From NCBI GenBank assembly GCA_964016885.1, contig OZ024760.1, positions 6,820,001-6,884,000 of the forward strand: a DNA stretch of 64,000 bases, in the 5' to 3' direction. Made by a program: the position numbers and the translations under genes. Under the pieces are notes generated by a model that saw only the letters and a program-made list of their open reading frames with translations, was not told the DNA's origin and searched no databases. The stretch is from Eledone cirrhosa. Taxonomy: Eukaryota. Positions 13,736 to 28,009 of the stretch are shown here, piece after piece (within the stretch, counting starts at the first letter, position 1; each line of letters starts with the position of its first letter).

Positions 13736-14997
13736 ACCACTGTTCATTGCTGATTGCTGGGTTTTGGGGTTCAATCGATGTTTTCAAATTTATATTATTA
13801 CCATCTTTTTAGCAACTCTGCTTGTTTCAGCTCTGATTACTTGGCTTCAGTATAGTGGATTCTTGAAGTGGATTTTTGGTGTGGATTCTTGAATTGTGCT
13901 GCCATGCTACCATCTTGCTCACTCTTATAGACTCTGCTTGCTTTTGTTTTATTTATCTTTATTTCTTTTCTTTTCTTTTCTTTTTTTTGTTATCATGTGC
14001 ACTTGTGTCATTATCATATATATATATACACATACAGAGAGAGTGTGTGTGTATATATATATATATACACATACAGAGAGAGTGTGTGTGTGTATATATA
14101 TATATACACATACAGAGAGAGTGTGTGTGTGTATATATATATACACATACAGAGAGAGTGTGTGTGTATATATATATATACACATACAGAGAGAGTGTGT
14201 GTGTGTATATATATATATAGACACATACAGAGAGAGAGTGTGTGTGTATATATATATATACACATACAGAGAGAGTGTGTGTGTGTGTATATATATATAT
14301 ACACATACAGAGAGAGAGTGTGTGTGTATATATATATATATATACACATACAGAGAGAGTGTGTGTGTGTATATATATATATACACATACAGAGAGAGTG
14401 TGTGTGTATATATATATATACACATACAGAGAGAGTGTGTGTGTATATATATATATATATACACATACAGAGAGAGTGTGTGTGTGTATATATATATATA
14501 CACATACAGAGAGAGTGTGTGTGTATATATATATATACACATACAGAGAGAGTGTGTGTGTATATATATATATATACACATACAGATAGAGTGTGTGTGT
14601 GTATATATATATATACACATACAGAGAGAGTGTGTGTGTATATATATATATACACATACAGAGAGAGTGTGTGTGTATATATATATATATATACACATAC
14701 AGAGAGAGTGTGTGTGTGTATATATATATATACACATACAGAGAGAGTGTGTGTGTATATATATATATACACATACAGAGAGAGTGTGTGTGTATATATA
14801 TATATATACACATACAGATAGAGTGTGTGTGTGTATATATATATATACACATACAGAGAGAGTGTGTGTGTATATATATATATAGACACATACAGAGAGA
14901 GAGTGTGTATATATATATATAGACACATACAGAGAGAGTGTGTGTATATATATATATAGACACATACAGAGAGAGTGTGTGTATATATATATATAAC

Positions 14998-15178
14998 AAA
15001 GGTGTGGTAAGATGCCAGGTGGACCATAACATACCAGAGTACTTGATACTTAGGGTAGTAGAGTGGGTAGTAGGAAAAAAGTCAGCAGCCCGATGGCTGA
15101 GCTCCAGCCGTTTCGACAACTAGATCTAGCTGTCAAAACAGTCAGGGCTCAGCCGTCGGGCTGCTGACTCTTTTCCTA
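14998..15178 (-). mobile_element. Fold-back + tail element, family A
   Basis: Hairpin 15071-15178 centred on ctagatctag; tail 14998-15070 on the minus strand; embedded in microsatellite. Confidence 0.6.
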
Positions 15179-15256
15179 TATATATTTATATATATATAAA
15201 TATTTATATATATATATATATATATATAAATATTTATATATATATATATAAATATT

Positions 15257-15290
<34 letters not shown>

Positions 15291-15789
15291 CAAATATATA
15301 TACATATATATATATATACATATATATATACATATATATATAGGTTTCTTATATTATATTATTATTATCATCATCAAACATCCATTTTCCCTACTAGCAA
15401 GTGTTAGACAGTCTTCACAAACCAAGTCAGTACTCAAGTGGGGCTACTGACCTCTCCATTGCACTGTGCTATGCTCTACCGATTGCATTTTATTTTACCA
15501 TGGCTGTTATGTCTTTTTATTTTTTTAAGTGTGTATGTATGTGCGTGTGTTTGTATGTACATGTGTGTATATGTGTATATATGTATGTATGTTCTGGTTT
15601 TATAATTTTATAAATGTTTACCAGTAGAGAGAGGTGTCTAACATAGACACAAGACTCTCCCTCATCGGAATTTAAACAACATCAACTAGGTAGTTATGTC
15701 TGCATGCATGCGCGCGTGTGTGTGTGTGTGTGCAGGTATGGATGTTATTGTGTATGTATGTGTGTGTGTGTGTATATATATATATGTAA

Positions 15790-16026
15790 GGTGAAACAAC
15801 ATGCGTGATATGCAACAAAGTGTGTAGAACTAGTTCTGGACTAAAAATACACAAGATTGAATCCCACAAAATGACCCCACCAATCTTGTGGAAAGCACAA
15901 CTCTCTTCTATCCCCTGTGTCATAAACCATGCAGATCTACAGCTGGTCTACGAAGTCATCTACGAAGTCTTGGACGCAGATGGGGATGATAATGAAGAAT
16001 CAATAAGAGACGGCAATCGTCTGTGA
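15790..16026 (+). mobile_element. RTE LINE extreme 3' end with C2H2-like fingers
   Basis: CVICNKVCRTSSGLKIH and, frameshifted, CHKPCRSTAGLRSHLR; resembles RTE ORF C-termini. Confidence 0.5.
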
Positions 16027-16240
16027 AAATATTGCAATCTTCATGTATATATGTATGTGTGTATGTATGTGTATATATGTATGTGTGTGTATGTAATGTA
16101 TAAGAGGCTGCCATAGTTTGCTTGTAGCATCGTGTAAAGAGTAAAAAATAGTGTTTTATTAGAAAGCTATACCAATGTAAATAGGATGTAAAATGTTAAA
16201 AATATAATAACAAAGATGTTGGAATGTTAGCATAAAATTG

Positions 16241-17170
16241 TTAAATAGTCCTTAAATATTTCAGGGATAAAATCCCTTCTTCAAAAAATTTAGGAAACTA
16301 ATTAGAAGTAGGATATCTTGAGCCATTCATATGCTGCCATTTTTTGACAACACAAGATATCTTACTCCAAATTAGTTTCCTTGGAGTTGTTAAATAGTCC
16401 TTAAATATTTCAGGGATAAAATCCCTTCTTCAAAGAATTTAGGAAACTAAATAGAAGTAGGATATCTTGAGCCATTCATATGCTGCCATTTTTTGACAAC
16501 ACAAGATATCTTACTCCAAATTAGTTTCCTTGGAGTTGTTAAATAGTCCTTAAATATTTCAGGGATAAAATCCCTTCTTCAAAGAATTTAGGAAACTAAA
16601 TAGAAGTAGGATATCTTGAGCCATTCATATGCTGCCATTTTTTGACAACACAAGATATCTTACTCCAAATTAGTTTCCTTGGAGTTGTTAAATAGTCCTT
16701 AAATATTTCAAGGATAAAATCCCTTTTTCAAAAGAATTTAGGAAACTAAATAGAAGTAGGATATCTTGAGCCATTCATATGCTGCCATTTTTTGACAACA
16801 CAAGATATCTTACTCCAAATTAGTTTCCTTGGAGTTGTTAAATAGTCCTTAAATATTTCAGGGATAAAATCCCTTCTTCAAAGAATTTAGGAAACTAAAT
16901 AGAAGTAGGATATCTTGAGCCATTCATATGCTGCCATTTTTTGACAACACAAGATATCTTACTCCAAATTAGTTTCCTTGGAGTTGTTAAATAGTCCTTA
17001 AATATTTCAGGGATAAAATCCCTTCTTCAAAAGAATTTAGCAAACTAAATAGAAGTAGGATATCTTGAGCCATTTTTTAACAACACAAGATATCCTGTTA
17101 TATCCTAAATATTTTGGGGATAAAATGCCTTCATCAAATAAAGAGTTGAGAAAACTAATTTGGAGCAGGA
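16241..17170. repeat. 149-bp tandem repeat, about 6 copies
   Basis: ttaaatagtcc recurs at 16241, 16390, 16539, 16688, 16838 and 16987. Confidence 0.95.
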
Positions 17171-17289
17171 TCTCTTAGGTTGTTTTAAAAATCTGTATGT
17201 ATTCATTTGTGTAGTTGATCCATATTCTAAGTACTTTATAATGGTAGACAATGGCCAAACTGCTTTCAAAACCCTATTCCCTCTGGCAG

Positions 17290-17655
17290 TGAGAAAGTCT
17301 CTATGGAAGATATGCTGTCACAACTACAAGCTGAGCTTGACATGACTCTCTTGGAGTTGTCTGAAATGGAAGTGGAGGACGCCGATACAGCCGCCATCGC
17401 AACAGACGGTGCAGCCAGCACCACCACCGCCATCGATGACACCACTGAAGGGGACAAACGGCCAAACGGTGCCAGTGACAGCGACGCTCCATTGCCTTTA
17501 GAAAGCCACCCCCAACTTGTTAACACTAGTAAGGAGAATGAGGACGGGAATGTGGATGCGGAAGAAAGAAGCGAGCCAGTGCAAGACGTGTTTATGCTCT
17601 GTTCCCCCACCGCGTCTTCTGGCAGCACTTCCACCCCCGATACAGTGATAGATGG
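17290..17655 (+). CDS. Probable acidic internal (cassette-type) exon of ZO-1/TJP1
   Basis: Acceptor ccctctggcAG|17290 and donor 17655|GTaaga; 366 bp, phase 2-2, GC-richer than its flanks, open frame EKVSMEDMLSQLQAELDMTLLELSEM...TPDTVIDG. Confidence 0.6.
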
Positions 17656-17837
17656 GTAAGATCCTTCTCCCGACGCTTGCTGCCTGCTCTTTAGAGAAAA
17701 TCAAAAATAAACTGCCCCTAAAAAAATAAATAAATATAAAAATATAAATTGAAAAATTAAAAGAAAAAATTTTCAAAACCAGTCACTCCACACAGCATGT
17801 CATTTTCTTCCTATTTTATAGTGTATATAAATATATG

Positions 17838-17870
<33 letters not shown>

Positions 17871-17885
17871 ATATTTATTTATATT

Positions 17886-17916
<31 letters not shown>

Positions 17917-17919
17917 TAG

Positions 17920-17950
<31 letters not shown>

Positions 17951-18070
17951 ATGCACATACACATAATTAAATATGCACACATATACACATATATACAATC
18001 CTTTTGCATGAGTTTTCTTTTCTAAAGTTAAACTACTGTTTATGAAATAACCAGGATGTGTGTGTGTGTG

Positions 18071-18117
<47 letters not shown>

Positions 18118-18355
18118 CAACAATTATTTACTAACATATATCACATATATCAGTCCTTTACAATTATTTCAATAATTTTTCTAATCTAAACTTCCCCTGA
18201 TTTTATTCTTTAAACCAAATCTTTTTCTGTTTCCCACTCTCCATTCTTTATATACATCCTGCAGTAGACAGCTAGAAGTTGAACAGGAAAAACATAAAGA
18301 AGAAATAAACCTTAATTCTGTTGTTTCGATTCATTGATGTGCCTCGGGCTGATAT

Positions 18356-18707
18356 ATACATTGTACCCCCCAGCATTCGCGATCCCGGTTATTCATGGAA
18401 TTTTCCTCAGAACCTAACTAATAACTGTTCGTGGAAACCACCGCATATTTGCAGAATCATAAATATCTTCCGCAATTTTTTTTATGGCTTTTTTCATGGC
18501 AATATAAATTATTAATAACAATATGCAGAATTTGCCGGCCGATTGGACGCCCTTTCGAATAAGATGCTCCCTCTTTTTTCTATTATGTTTTACACTATAT
18601 TTTGACGTGTATAGGCATATTTATGGACAATGTCCAATATTCGCGGCTTTTCACTCTTTGCAGATGGTGTAGCAATGTAACCCCTGCGAATACTGGGGAA
18701 AACTGTA
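18356..18707. mobile_element. Tigger/pogo-like MITE, degenerate
   Basis: Imperfect TIRs ccccagcattcgcg / tgcgaatactggggaaaactgta, with TA flanks. Confidence 0.45.
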
Positions 18708-18889
18708 TATACACATGTCTTGAAAGAAGAAATACCTTGGAGTATTAATTTGTTTTGAAGGCATATTCTAAGACCCATTTCTCTAGCTAAAGCAATGGTC
18801 AGCCTTGTGAGCCAAATGATAGGGTTCACATCATTGTGAAGGACCATTTATAAGCTAATGGTTTATGGCTAGATGCCAACCCTTTTAGT

Positions 18890-21122
18890 TACAAGATACA
18901 GAGATACAGTGTACCTATTGTAAACTAGATTCACAGAGATACAGTGTACCTACTCTAAACCAGATACACACAGGGATACAGTGTACCTACTCTAAACCAG
19001 ATACACACAGGGATACAGTGTACCTACTCTAAACCAGATACACACAGGGATACAGTGTACCTATTGTCAGCCAGATACACACAGGGATGTAGTGTACCTA
19101 TTGTGAACCAGATACACACAGGGATACAGTGTACCTATTGTAAACCAGATACACACAGGGATACAGTGTACCTATTGTGAACCAGATACACACAGGGATA
19201 CAGTGTACCTATTGTGAACCAGATACACACAGGGATACAGTGTACCTATTGTAAACCAGATACACACAGGGATACAGTGTACCTATTGTAAACCAGATAC
19301 ACACAGGGATACAGTGTACCTATTGTAAACCAGATACACAGGGATACAGTGTACCTATTGTAAACCAGATACACACAGGGATACAGTGTACCTGTTGTAA
19401 ACCAGATATACACAGGGATACAGTGTACCTATTGTAAACAAGATACACAGGGATACAGTGTACCTATTGTAAACCAGACACACACAGGAATACAGTGTAC
19501 CTATTGTAAACCAGATACACAGGGTTACAGTGTACCTATTGTAAACCAGATACACACAGGGATACAGTGTACCTATTGTAAACCAGATATACACAGGAAT
19601 ACAGTGTACCTGTTGTAAACCAGATACACAGGGTTACAGTGTACCTATTGTAAACCAGATACACACAGGGATACAGTGTACCTATTGTAAACCAGATACA
19701 CACAGGGATACAGTGTACCTGTTGTAAACCAGATACACAGGGTTACAGTGTACCTATTGTAAACCAGATACACAGGGTTACAGTGTACCTATTGTAAACC
19801 AGATACACACAGGGATACAGTGTACCTATTGTAAACCAGATACACACAGGGATACAGTGTACCTGTTGTAAACCAGATACACAGGGATACAGTGTACCTA
19901 TTGTAAACCAGATACACAGGGTTACAGTGTACCTGTTGTAAACCAGATACACAGGGATACAGTGTACCTATTGTAAACCAGATACACAGGGTTACAGTGT
20001 ACCTATTGTAAACCAGATACACACAGGGATACAGTGTACCTATTGTAAACCAGATACACACAGGGATACAGTGTACCTATTGTAAACCAGATACACACAG
20101 GGATACAGTGTACCTATTGTAAACCAGATATACACAGGGATACAGTGTACCTATTGTAAACCAGACACACACAGGGATACAGTGTACCTATTGTAAACCA
20201 GATACACAGGGATACAGTGTACCTATTGTAAACCAGATACACACAGGGATACAGTGTACCTATTGTAAACCAGATACACAGGGATACAGTGTACCTATTG
20301 TAAACCAGATACACACAGGGATACAGTGTACCTACTCTAAACCAGATACACACAGGGATACAGTGTACCTACTCTAAACCAGATATACACAGGGATACAG
20401 TGTACCTATTGTAAACCAGATACACAGGGATACAGTGTACCTATTGTAAACCAGATACACACAGGGATACAGTGTACCTACTCTAAACCAGATACACAAA
20501 GGAATACAGTGTACTTATTGTAAACCTGATACACACAGGGATACAGTGTACCTATTGTAAACCAGATACACACAGGGATACAGTGTACCTACTCTAAACC
20601 AGATATACACAGGGATACAGTGTACCTATTGTAAACCAGATACACAGGGATACAGTGTACCTATTGTAAACCAGATACACACAGGGATACAGTGTACCTA
20701 TTGTAAACCAGATACACACAGGGATACAGTGTACCTACTCTAAACCAGATATACACAGGAATACAGTGTACCTATTGTAAACCAGATACACAGGGATACA
20801 GTGTACCTATTGTAAACCAGATACACACAGGGATACAGTGTACCTACTCTAAACCAGATATACACAGGAATACAGTGTACCTATTGTAAACCAGATACAC
20901 ACAGGGATACAGTGTACCTACTCTAAACCAGATATACACAGGAATACAGTGTACCTATTGTAAACCAGATACACACAGGGATACAGTGTACCTGTTGTAA
21001 ACCAGATACACACAGGGATACAGTGTACCTATTGTAAACCAGATACACACAGGGATACAGTGTACCTATTGTAAACCAGATACACACAGGGATACAGTGT
21101 ACCTATTGTAAACCAGATACAT
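18890..21122. repeat. 35-37 bp minisatellite, about 60 copies
   Basis: Unit gggatacagtgtacctattgtaaaccagatacac(ac)a. Confidence 0.97.
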
Positions 21123-21225
21123 ACCTAGCTATTTACCTATCTATCTATCTCTATCTCTCTGCCTATGTATGTTACCATCTCTCTCTTTCTCTCTATATAT
21201 ATACCTATATACCTACCAATGTATG

Positions 21226-21295
<70 letters not shown>

Positions 21296-21824
21296 CCTAT
21301 GTATGTCTACCACAGTTACCCTATCTCTCTTTATCTATCTATCTATGTCTACCACAGTTGCCCTTCCTGTTGCATGTTGCCCCCATCAATATATTGAGTG
21401 CTACATCTCCCCTCCTCCTCCACTCATCACCTCACTCATTTTTCTATTCTTCTCTTGCTTATGATATTTTTTTTTTTTTACATTACATCTTTCTTGGTGT
21501 GCGTGTATGTGTACATATATGTGCATATATATGTGTATATATATGTGTGTGTGTGTACATATATGTGCATATATATGTATATATATATATATGTGTGTGT
21601 GTGTATGTCTGTATGGCAATGTGCATATGTCAATATATGTATGTATATGTGTGTGTGTGTGTATATATATGTTATTGATGGTGTGATTCAATTCATCCAT
21701 CTTTGATGTTGAATCTTGGTGGTCGAGTATATCATGGTTGACTATACAAAATGACCAGTTCTATCCAGTGGTGAACCACCAATCTTAAATGGATATATCA
21801 TCATCATCATATATATGATGATAT

Positions 21825-22358
21825 ATATATATATATATATATATATATCTGTGTGTGTGTGTGTGTATGTATGTCAGTAAATATATATATATATATCTGT
21901 GTGTGTGTGTGTGTATGTATGTCAGTAAATATATATATATATCTGTGTGTGTGTGTGTGTGTATGTATGTCAGTAAATATATATATATATCTGTGTGTGT
22001 GTGTGTGTGTGTATGTCAGTAAATATATATATATATCTGTGTGTGTGTATGTATGTCAGTAAATATATATATCTGTGTGTGTGTGTATGTCAGTAAATAT
22101 ATATATATATCTGTGTGTGTGTGTGTATGTATGTCAGTAAATATATATATATATATATCTGTGTGTGTGTGTATGTATGTCAGTAAATATATATATATAT
22201 CTGTGTGTGTGTGTGTATGTCAGTAAATATATATATATATCTGTGTGTGTGTGTGTATGTATGTCAGTAAATATATATATATATCTGTGTGTGTGTGTGT
22301 ATGTATGTCAGTAAATATATATATATATATATCTGTGTGTATGTATGTATGTCAGTAA

Positions 22359-22392
<34 letters not shown>

Positions 22393-23352
22393 ATGTATGT
22401 CAGTAAATATATATATATATCTGTGTGTGTGTGTGTATGTCAGTAAATGTATATATATATCTGTGTGTGTGTGTATGTATGTCAGTAAATATATATATAT
22501 ATCTGTGTGTGTGTGTGTCAGTAAATATATATATATATCTGTGTGTATGTGTGTATGTCAGTAAATATATATATATATCTGTGTGTGTGTGTGTGTGTGT
22601 GTATGTCAGTAAATATATATATATATATCTGTGTGTGTGTGTGTATGTATGTCAGTAAATATCTATATATATCTGTGTGTGTGTGTGTATGTATGTCAGT
22701 AAATATATATATATATCTGTGTGTGTGTATGTATGTCAGTAAATATATATATGTGTGTGTGTGTGTGTGTATGTCAGTAAATATATATATATATCTGTGT
22801 GTGTGTGTGTATGTCAGTAAATATATATATCTGTGTGTGTGTGTGTATGTATGTCAGTAAATATATATATCTGTGTGTGTGTGTGTATGTCAGTAAATAT
22901 ATATATATATCTGTGTGTGTGTGTATGTATGTCAGTAAATATATATATCTGTGTGTGTGTGTGTATGTCAGTAAATATATATATATATCTGTGTGTGTGT
23001 GTGTGTGTGTATGTATGTCAGTATATATATATATATATATCTGTGTGTGTGTGTGTGTATGTCAGTAAATATATATATATATGTGTGTGTGTGTGTGTAT
23101 GTATGTCAGTAAATATATATATATGTGTGTGTGTGTATGTATGTCAGTAAATATATATATATATGTCTGTGTGTGTGTGTGTATGTCAGTAAATATATAT
23201 ATCTGTGTGTGTGTGTATGTATGTCAGTAAATATATATATATGTGTGTGTGTGTGTGTGTATGTCAGTAAATATATATATATATATATCTGTGTGTGTGT
23301 GTGTATGTATGTCAGTAAATATATATATATATCTGTGTGTGTGTGTATGTCA

Positions 23353-23390
<38 letters not shown>

Positions 23391-24048
23391 ATGTATGTCA
23401 GTAAATATATATATATATCTGTGTGTGTGTATGTATGTCAGTAAATATATATATATATATATCTGTGTGTGTGTGTACAATTACCACATCAATTAAATGT
23501 GTATTAGTATATGTATGTATATCAATGTGGTGTGTGTATGTATGTATGTATGTATGTCAGTATCTGGGTATGTTAGTGTATATATCAGCATGTGTGTCTG
23601 TGTGTGTGCTGTATGTGTCAGTATGTGTATATATCAGTATGTATATGTTTGTATGTGTATGTATGTCAGTATCTGTTATGTGTCTGGTATATATGTCAGT
23701 ATATATATATATATATATATATTTTATATATATATATATATATATGTTTGTGGTGTGTATATATATATATATATATATAATATATGTGTTTGTGGTGTGT
23801 ATATATATGTGTATATATCAGAATATATATATATATGTGTGTGTGGTGTGTATATAAGTCAGTATGTGTATAAGTCACTATATATATATGTGTGTGTTTG
23901 TGGTGTGTATATATATATATATATGTGTGTGTGATGTGTATATAAGTCAGTATGTGTATAAGTCAGTATATATATATATGTGTGTTTGTGGTGTGTATAT
24001 AAGTTAGTATGTGTATAAGTCAGTATATATATATGTGTTTGTGGTGTG

Positions 24049-24079
<31 letters not shown>

Positions 24080-24330
24080 TTGTGGTGTATATATATCAGT
24101 ATATATGTGTGTGTGTGTGGTGTGTATATAAATCAGTATATATATATGTGTGTGTTTGTGGTGTGTGTATATATATATGTGTGTGTGTGTTTGTGGTGTA
24201 TATATATCAGTATATGTGTGTGTGGTGTGTATATAAGTCAGTATATATATATATGTGTGTTTGTGGTGTGTATATATATGTGTGTGTTTGTGGTGTATAT
24301 ATATCAGTATATATATGTGTGTGTGTGTGT
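21825..24330. repeat. Compound microsatellite array (TG)n-atgtcagtaa-(AT)n
   Basis: Directly visible. Similar compound or simple arrays at 353-655, 1146-1850, 3688-4500 and 14015-14995. Confidence 0.97.
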
Positions 24331-26649
24331 ACCATCATCACATAACATGCCCATGCTTGTAACAACTCAATGCATGTCTTTCTATTTGAGAATGATGTTT
24401 TAAATTTCTCTGTCACAGAACGATATTGAATGTGATATGTTAACAATATTGATAAATATATTGAATGTTATAACTAACGATATTGATTAATATTGAATGT
24501 GATATGCTAATCATATTGATAAATATATTGAATGTCATAAACTAACCATATTAATTAATATTGAATTTGATAAATTGATTATAATAATTTAGCCATGTTG
24601 ATAAATATTGATAGATTACAATAATTTAACCATATTGATAAATATTGATAGATTACAATAATTTAACTTATTGATAAGTATTGATAGATTACAATAATTT
24701 AACCATATTGATAAATATTGATCTATAGATTGCAATAATTTAACTTATTGATAAGTATTGAATGTTGTAAATTAGTATATTGATAAATATTGATAAATAG
24801 AATGTAATAACTTAACCACATTGATAAATAAATATATATGTATATGTATATATATGTGGAGGTATGTGGCCTAGTGGTAAGGGTGTTGGACTTACAATCC
24901 TAATGTCATGGGTTCAATTCCTGGATTGGGGGGTTGTATGTTGTATTCTTGAGCAAAACACTTCATTTCATGTTGCTCCAGTATACTCAGCTGGAAATGG
25001 GTACCAGCAATTACTGGAGGTTTAACCCTGCAATGGACTGGTATCCTGTCCAGGGGGAAGTCTTGTCCTTTCAGTCACTTCATGCCATGGAAACCGGTAT
25101 AAGAACTGGCTTGATGAACCTCTGGGCTCGAGACAGCCTTTAGACTTTAGATGTATATGTGTATGTATATGTATATATGTGTGTGTGTGTGTGTGTGTGG
25201 ACCCATAACTCCTGATGGAGTAGTAGTGTTGCTATAGTGACATATTGTGTGTTTGGGGGCATTTTAAACATGGCAGAGCTCATCACCTCTCCAGGTCTAA
25301 ACACAGCTGATTTCTTCCAGTGAGAGAGACAGGGGAAGACCCTAGAGTTGTGACTGGTAAAGAGTATCAGCAAACATCGTTTCCTTGGTCTTATCTCTCA
25401 ATTGGTTCCTTTCTTCTGCCAACAGTTGTGACTGGCAGACACTATTCCTTGGTCTTATCTGACAGACACTATTCCTTGGTCTTATCTGACAGACACTATT
25501 CCTTGGTCTTATCTGACCAGAGGAAGTGTTATGTCCATCAGCAAGATATTTTATTTCATGTTGCTCCAGACTACTCAGCTAGTAACACTGGGTTGTACCT
25601 GTAATTCAAGGGACCAGCCTTATCGCACATTGTGTCACACTGAATCATCATTATCATCATCATCATGTCTGTTTTATCTGATAACTACATTAAGGGTACA
25701 CGTGTCTGTGGAATGCTTAGCCACTTACACAGTAATTTCTTTGCTCAAACAATGGAAACACTCATGACTGTAACTGACAGAGATCCAATAATATTTTCCT
25801 TTGTGTGACATGAAATATATAAATACACAGTGACATTTATTATAGGGGTGACACATGGGTTGGTGTTTCAAAATGTTACTATTGCTTCACAATATATAAT
25901 AATTTCATGTTATCCTGAAGCCACATGGCCTAATGGTTAGGATGTTTGACGTAGGATCTTAATGTCATCAGTTCAATTCCTGGACAGGCTGCTGTGTTGT
26001 GTTCTTGAGAAAAACACTTTATTTTGCATTGCTCCAGCACACTCAGCTGAGGGTGAATACCAGCAGTAGCTGGGGAGTTAAACTGGTGATAGGGGCTGGC
26101 ATGCTGACCAGGGAGAGTCTTGTACTCTCAGTCACTTAACGCCAAGGTAACCAGGGATAAGCACCGGCCTGTTGCAGTACACTCAGCTGAGAGTGAGTAA
26201 CAGCAGCAGTAGCTGGGGAGTTAAACTGGTGATAGGGGCTGGCATCCTGTCCAGGGAGAGTCTTGTACTCTCAGTCACTTAACGCCAAGGTAACCAGGGA
26301 TAAGCACCGGCCTGTTGCAGTACACTCAGCTGAGAGTGAGTAACAGCAGCAGTAGCTGGGGAGTTAAACTGGTGATAGGGGCTGGCATCCTGTCCAGGGA
26401 GAGTCTTGTACTCTCAGTCACTTAACGCCAAGGTAACCAGGGATAAGCATCGGCCTGTTGCAGTACACTCAGCTGAGAGTGAGTAACAGCAGCAGTAGCT
26501 GGGGAGTTAAACCTGCAATAGACCAGCGTTCTATCCAGGGAGAGACTTAAACTAACTTTTATTAACTTTGTGCCTATATTATAGGAGTGACATTTATGTG
26601 GCTGTTTCACATTATATAATTATTTCATGTCTATATTATCCCCCTCCAG

Positions 26650-26735
26650 AAGTATGGATGGGAAACACACAGTCCTGGCTACAGCTAAAGGTGTATTTGG
26701 ATATGAAGGTGGAATTTTAGAATCAAAAGTTACAG
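26650..26735 (+). CDS. TJP1: ZO-1/TJP1 ZU5 domain, exon 1
   Basis: cccctccAG|...|GTtggt; encodes SMDGKHTVLATAKGVFGYEGGILESKVT(G), matching the start of the ZO-1 ZU5 domain (recalled: HTVVATARGIFNSNGGVLSSIETG). Phase 2-1. Confidence 0.93.
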
Positions 26736-26890
26736 GTTGGTTTCGTTATTGCCGAATTCTTCTTTTTTTTTTTTTATATTTCATCCATCTTTAGACCTAC
26801 ATCTAATATCATTTTTATTAACATCTTATTTATAAATGTGTATGTATATATATATATATATCTATATATATTGTTGTTCACTTTCTAATC

Positions 26891-26924
<34 letters not shown>

Positions 26925-26968
26925 TATACGATATTAATAAATGGAAACTATATTTATAAAACCATATT

Positions 26969-27033
26969 TATTTCATTATATATATTTCAAGGATACCAAG
27001 TTACATTATGGCATGCCTTCATCAGACAAAATA
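26969..27033 (-). ncRNA. Type-I hammerhead motif in left arm of the 26921-27295 palindrome
   Basis: Minus strand: tattttgt CTGATGA aggcatgcca-taatgtaact-tggtatcctt GAAA tatata TA atgaaata. Stem I includes G-U pairs. The mirror copy on + at 27183-27247 has a stem III mismatch. Confidence 0.65.
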
Positions 27034-27856
27034 CAATATATAACAGTTTTATAAATAGACATTGACGTACCCCTTTAAAAAAATTGACCGTTGTTTTTGG
27101 AGGACATCAGGATAGTCAAAAACAACGGTCAATTTTTTTAAAGGGGTACGTCAATGTCAATTTATAAAACTGTTATATATTGTATTTTTTCTGATGAAGG
27201 CATACCATAATGTAACTTGGTATCCTTGAAAAATATATAATGAAATAAATATGGTTTTATAAATATAGTTTCCATTTATTAATATCGTATATCTACTCCA
27301 AATATTTGTCGAGTGCTTTATATCAGTTATAAAAATATTTGCTTGTTGTATCCCAACAATTTAAATAAAACTTTTGCATATATATACATATATATATTTA
27401 GATTAGAAAGTGAAAAAAAAAATATATATATATATATATATAATCATCATCGTTTGATGTCTATTTTCCATGTTAGCATGGGTTAGACAGGTTCTCCACC
27501 GAGGTCGGTCAGATGACCGTGTCTTGCTCATATAGAACCAATTTTGGCTTGGTTTCCATGGTTGGGTGTCCTTCCTAACGCCAACCGCATTTACAGTGTG
27601 TACTAGGTGCTTTTTGGCATAACAATAACGTGATAGGACTACCCCTATCATTAATACACTCAAGAAACCTCCTTTGAGATACAACCCAGTAGGAAGTCAG
27701 CTAAACCTACATAGGTTTGAGCTATAACAACAACATGACAGGACTGGGGTCCCCTTCATTAAAACATTAAAGAAACCCACAATGAGATACCAGGTATGAG
27801 GCCAGCTAAACTCGCATAAGTGGAAGTTGTAAATTTTCTATCATTTTCATTTTTAG

Positions 27857-27967
27857 GGGTCAGTATCTTCATACCAAAGGGTGCTCTACCAGAAGGGGCT
27901 GATCAAGAGATCTATTTCAACGTATGCCAGGACAACAATATTCTACCCCCTCTAGACAAAGAAAAAG
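27857..27967 (+). CDS. TJP1: ZO-1/TJP1 ZU5 domain, exon 2
   Basis: tttttAG|...|GTtcgt; (G)VSIFIPKGALPEGADQEIYFNVCQDNNILPPLDKEK(G), close to ZO-1 VSIIIPQGAIPEGVEQEIYFKVCRDNSILPPLDKEKG. Phase 1-1. Confidence 0.95.
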
Positions 27968-28009
27968 GTTCGTAATATACATAAAATATATATTTATATA
28001 ACTAATTAT

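Noticed and set aside
15620-15675. Hairpin with a minus-strand CCGATGA
   Set aside because: Core is mutated and there is no GAAA; cannot be called a ribozyme.
18890-21122. CRISPR-like 35-37 bp periodicity (also 3310-3615, 37890-39495, 47595-48310)
   Set aside because: Head-to-tail units with no unique spacers, no cas genes, and a eukaryotic context.
24857-24930. tRNA-like sequences (also 3205, 12215, 34580, 49290, 61720)
   Set aside because: A/B boxes without a full cloverleaf, usually running into SINE bodies; these are SINE heads, not tRNA genes.
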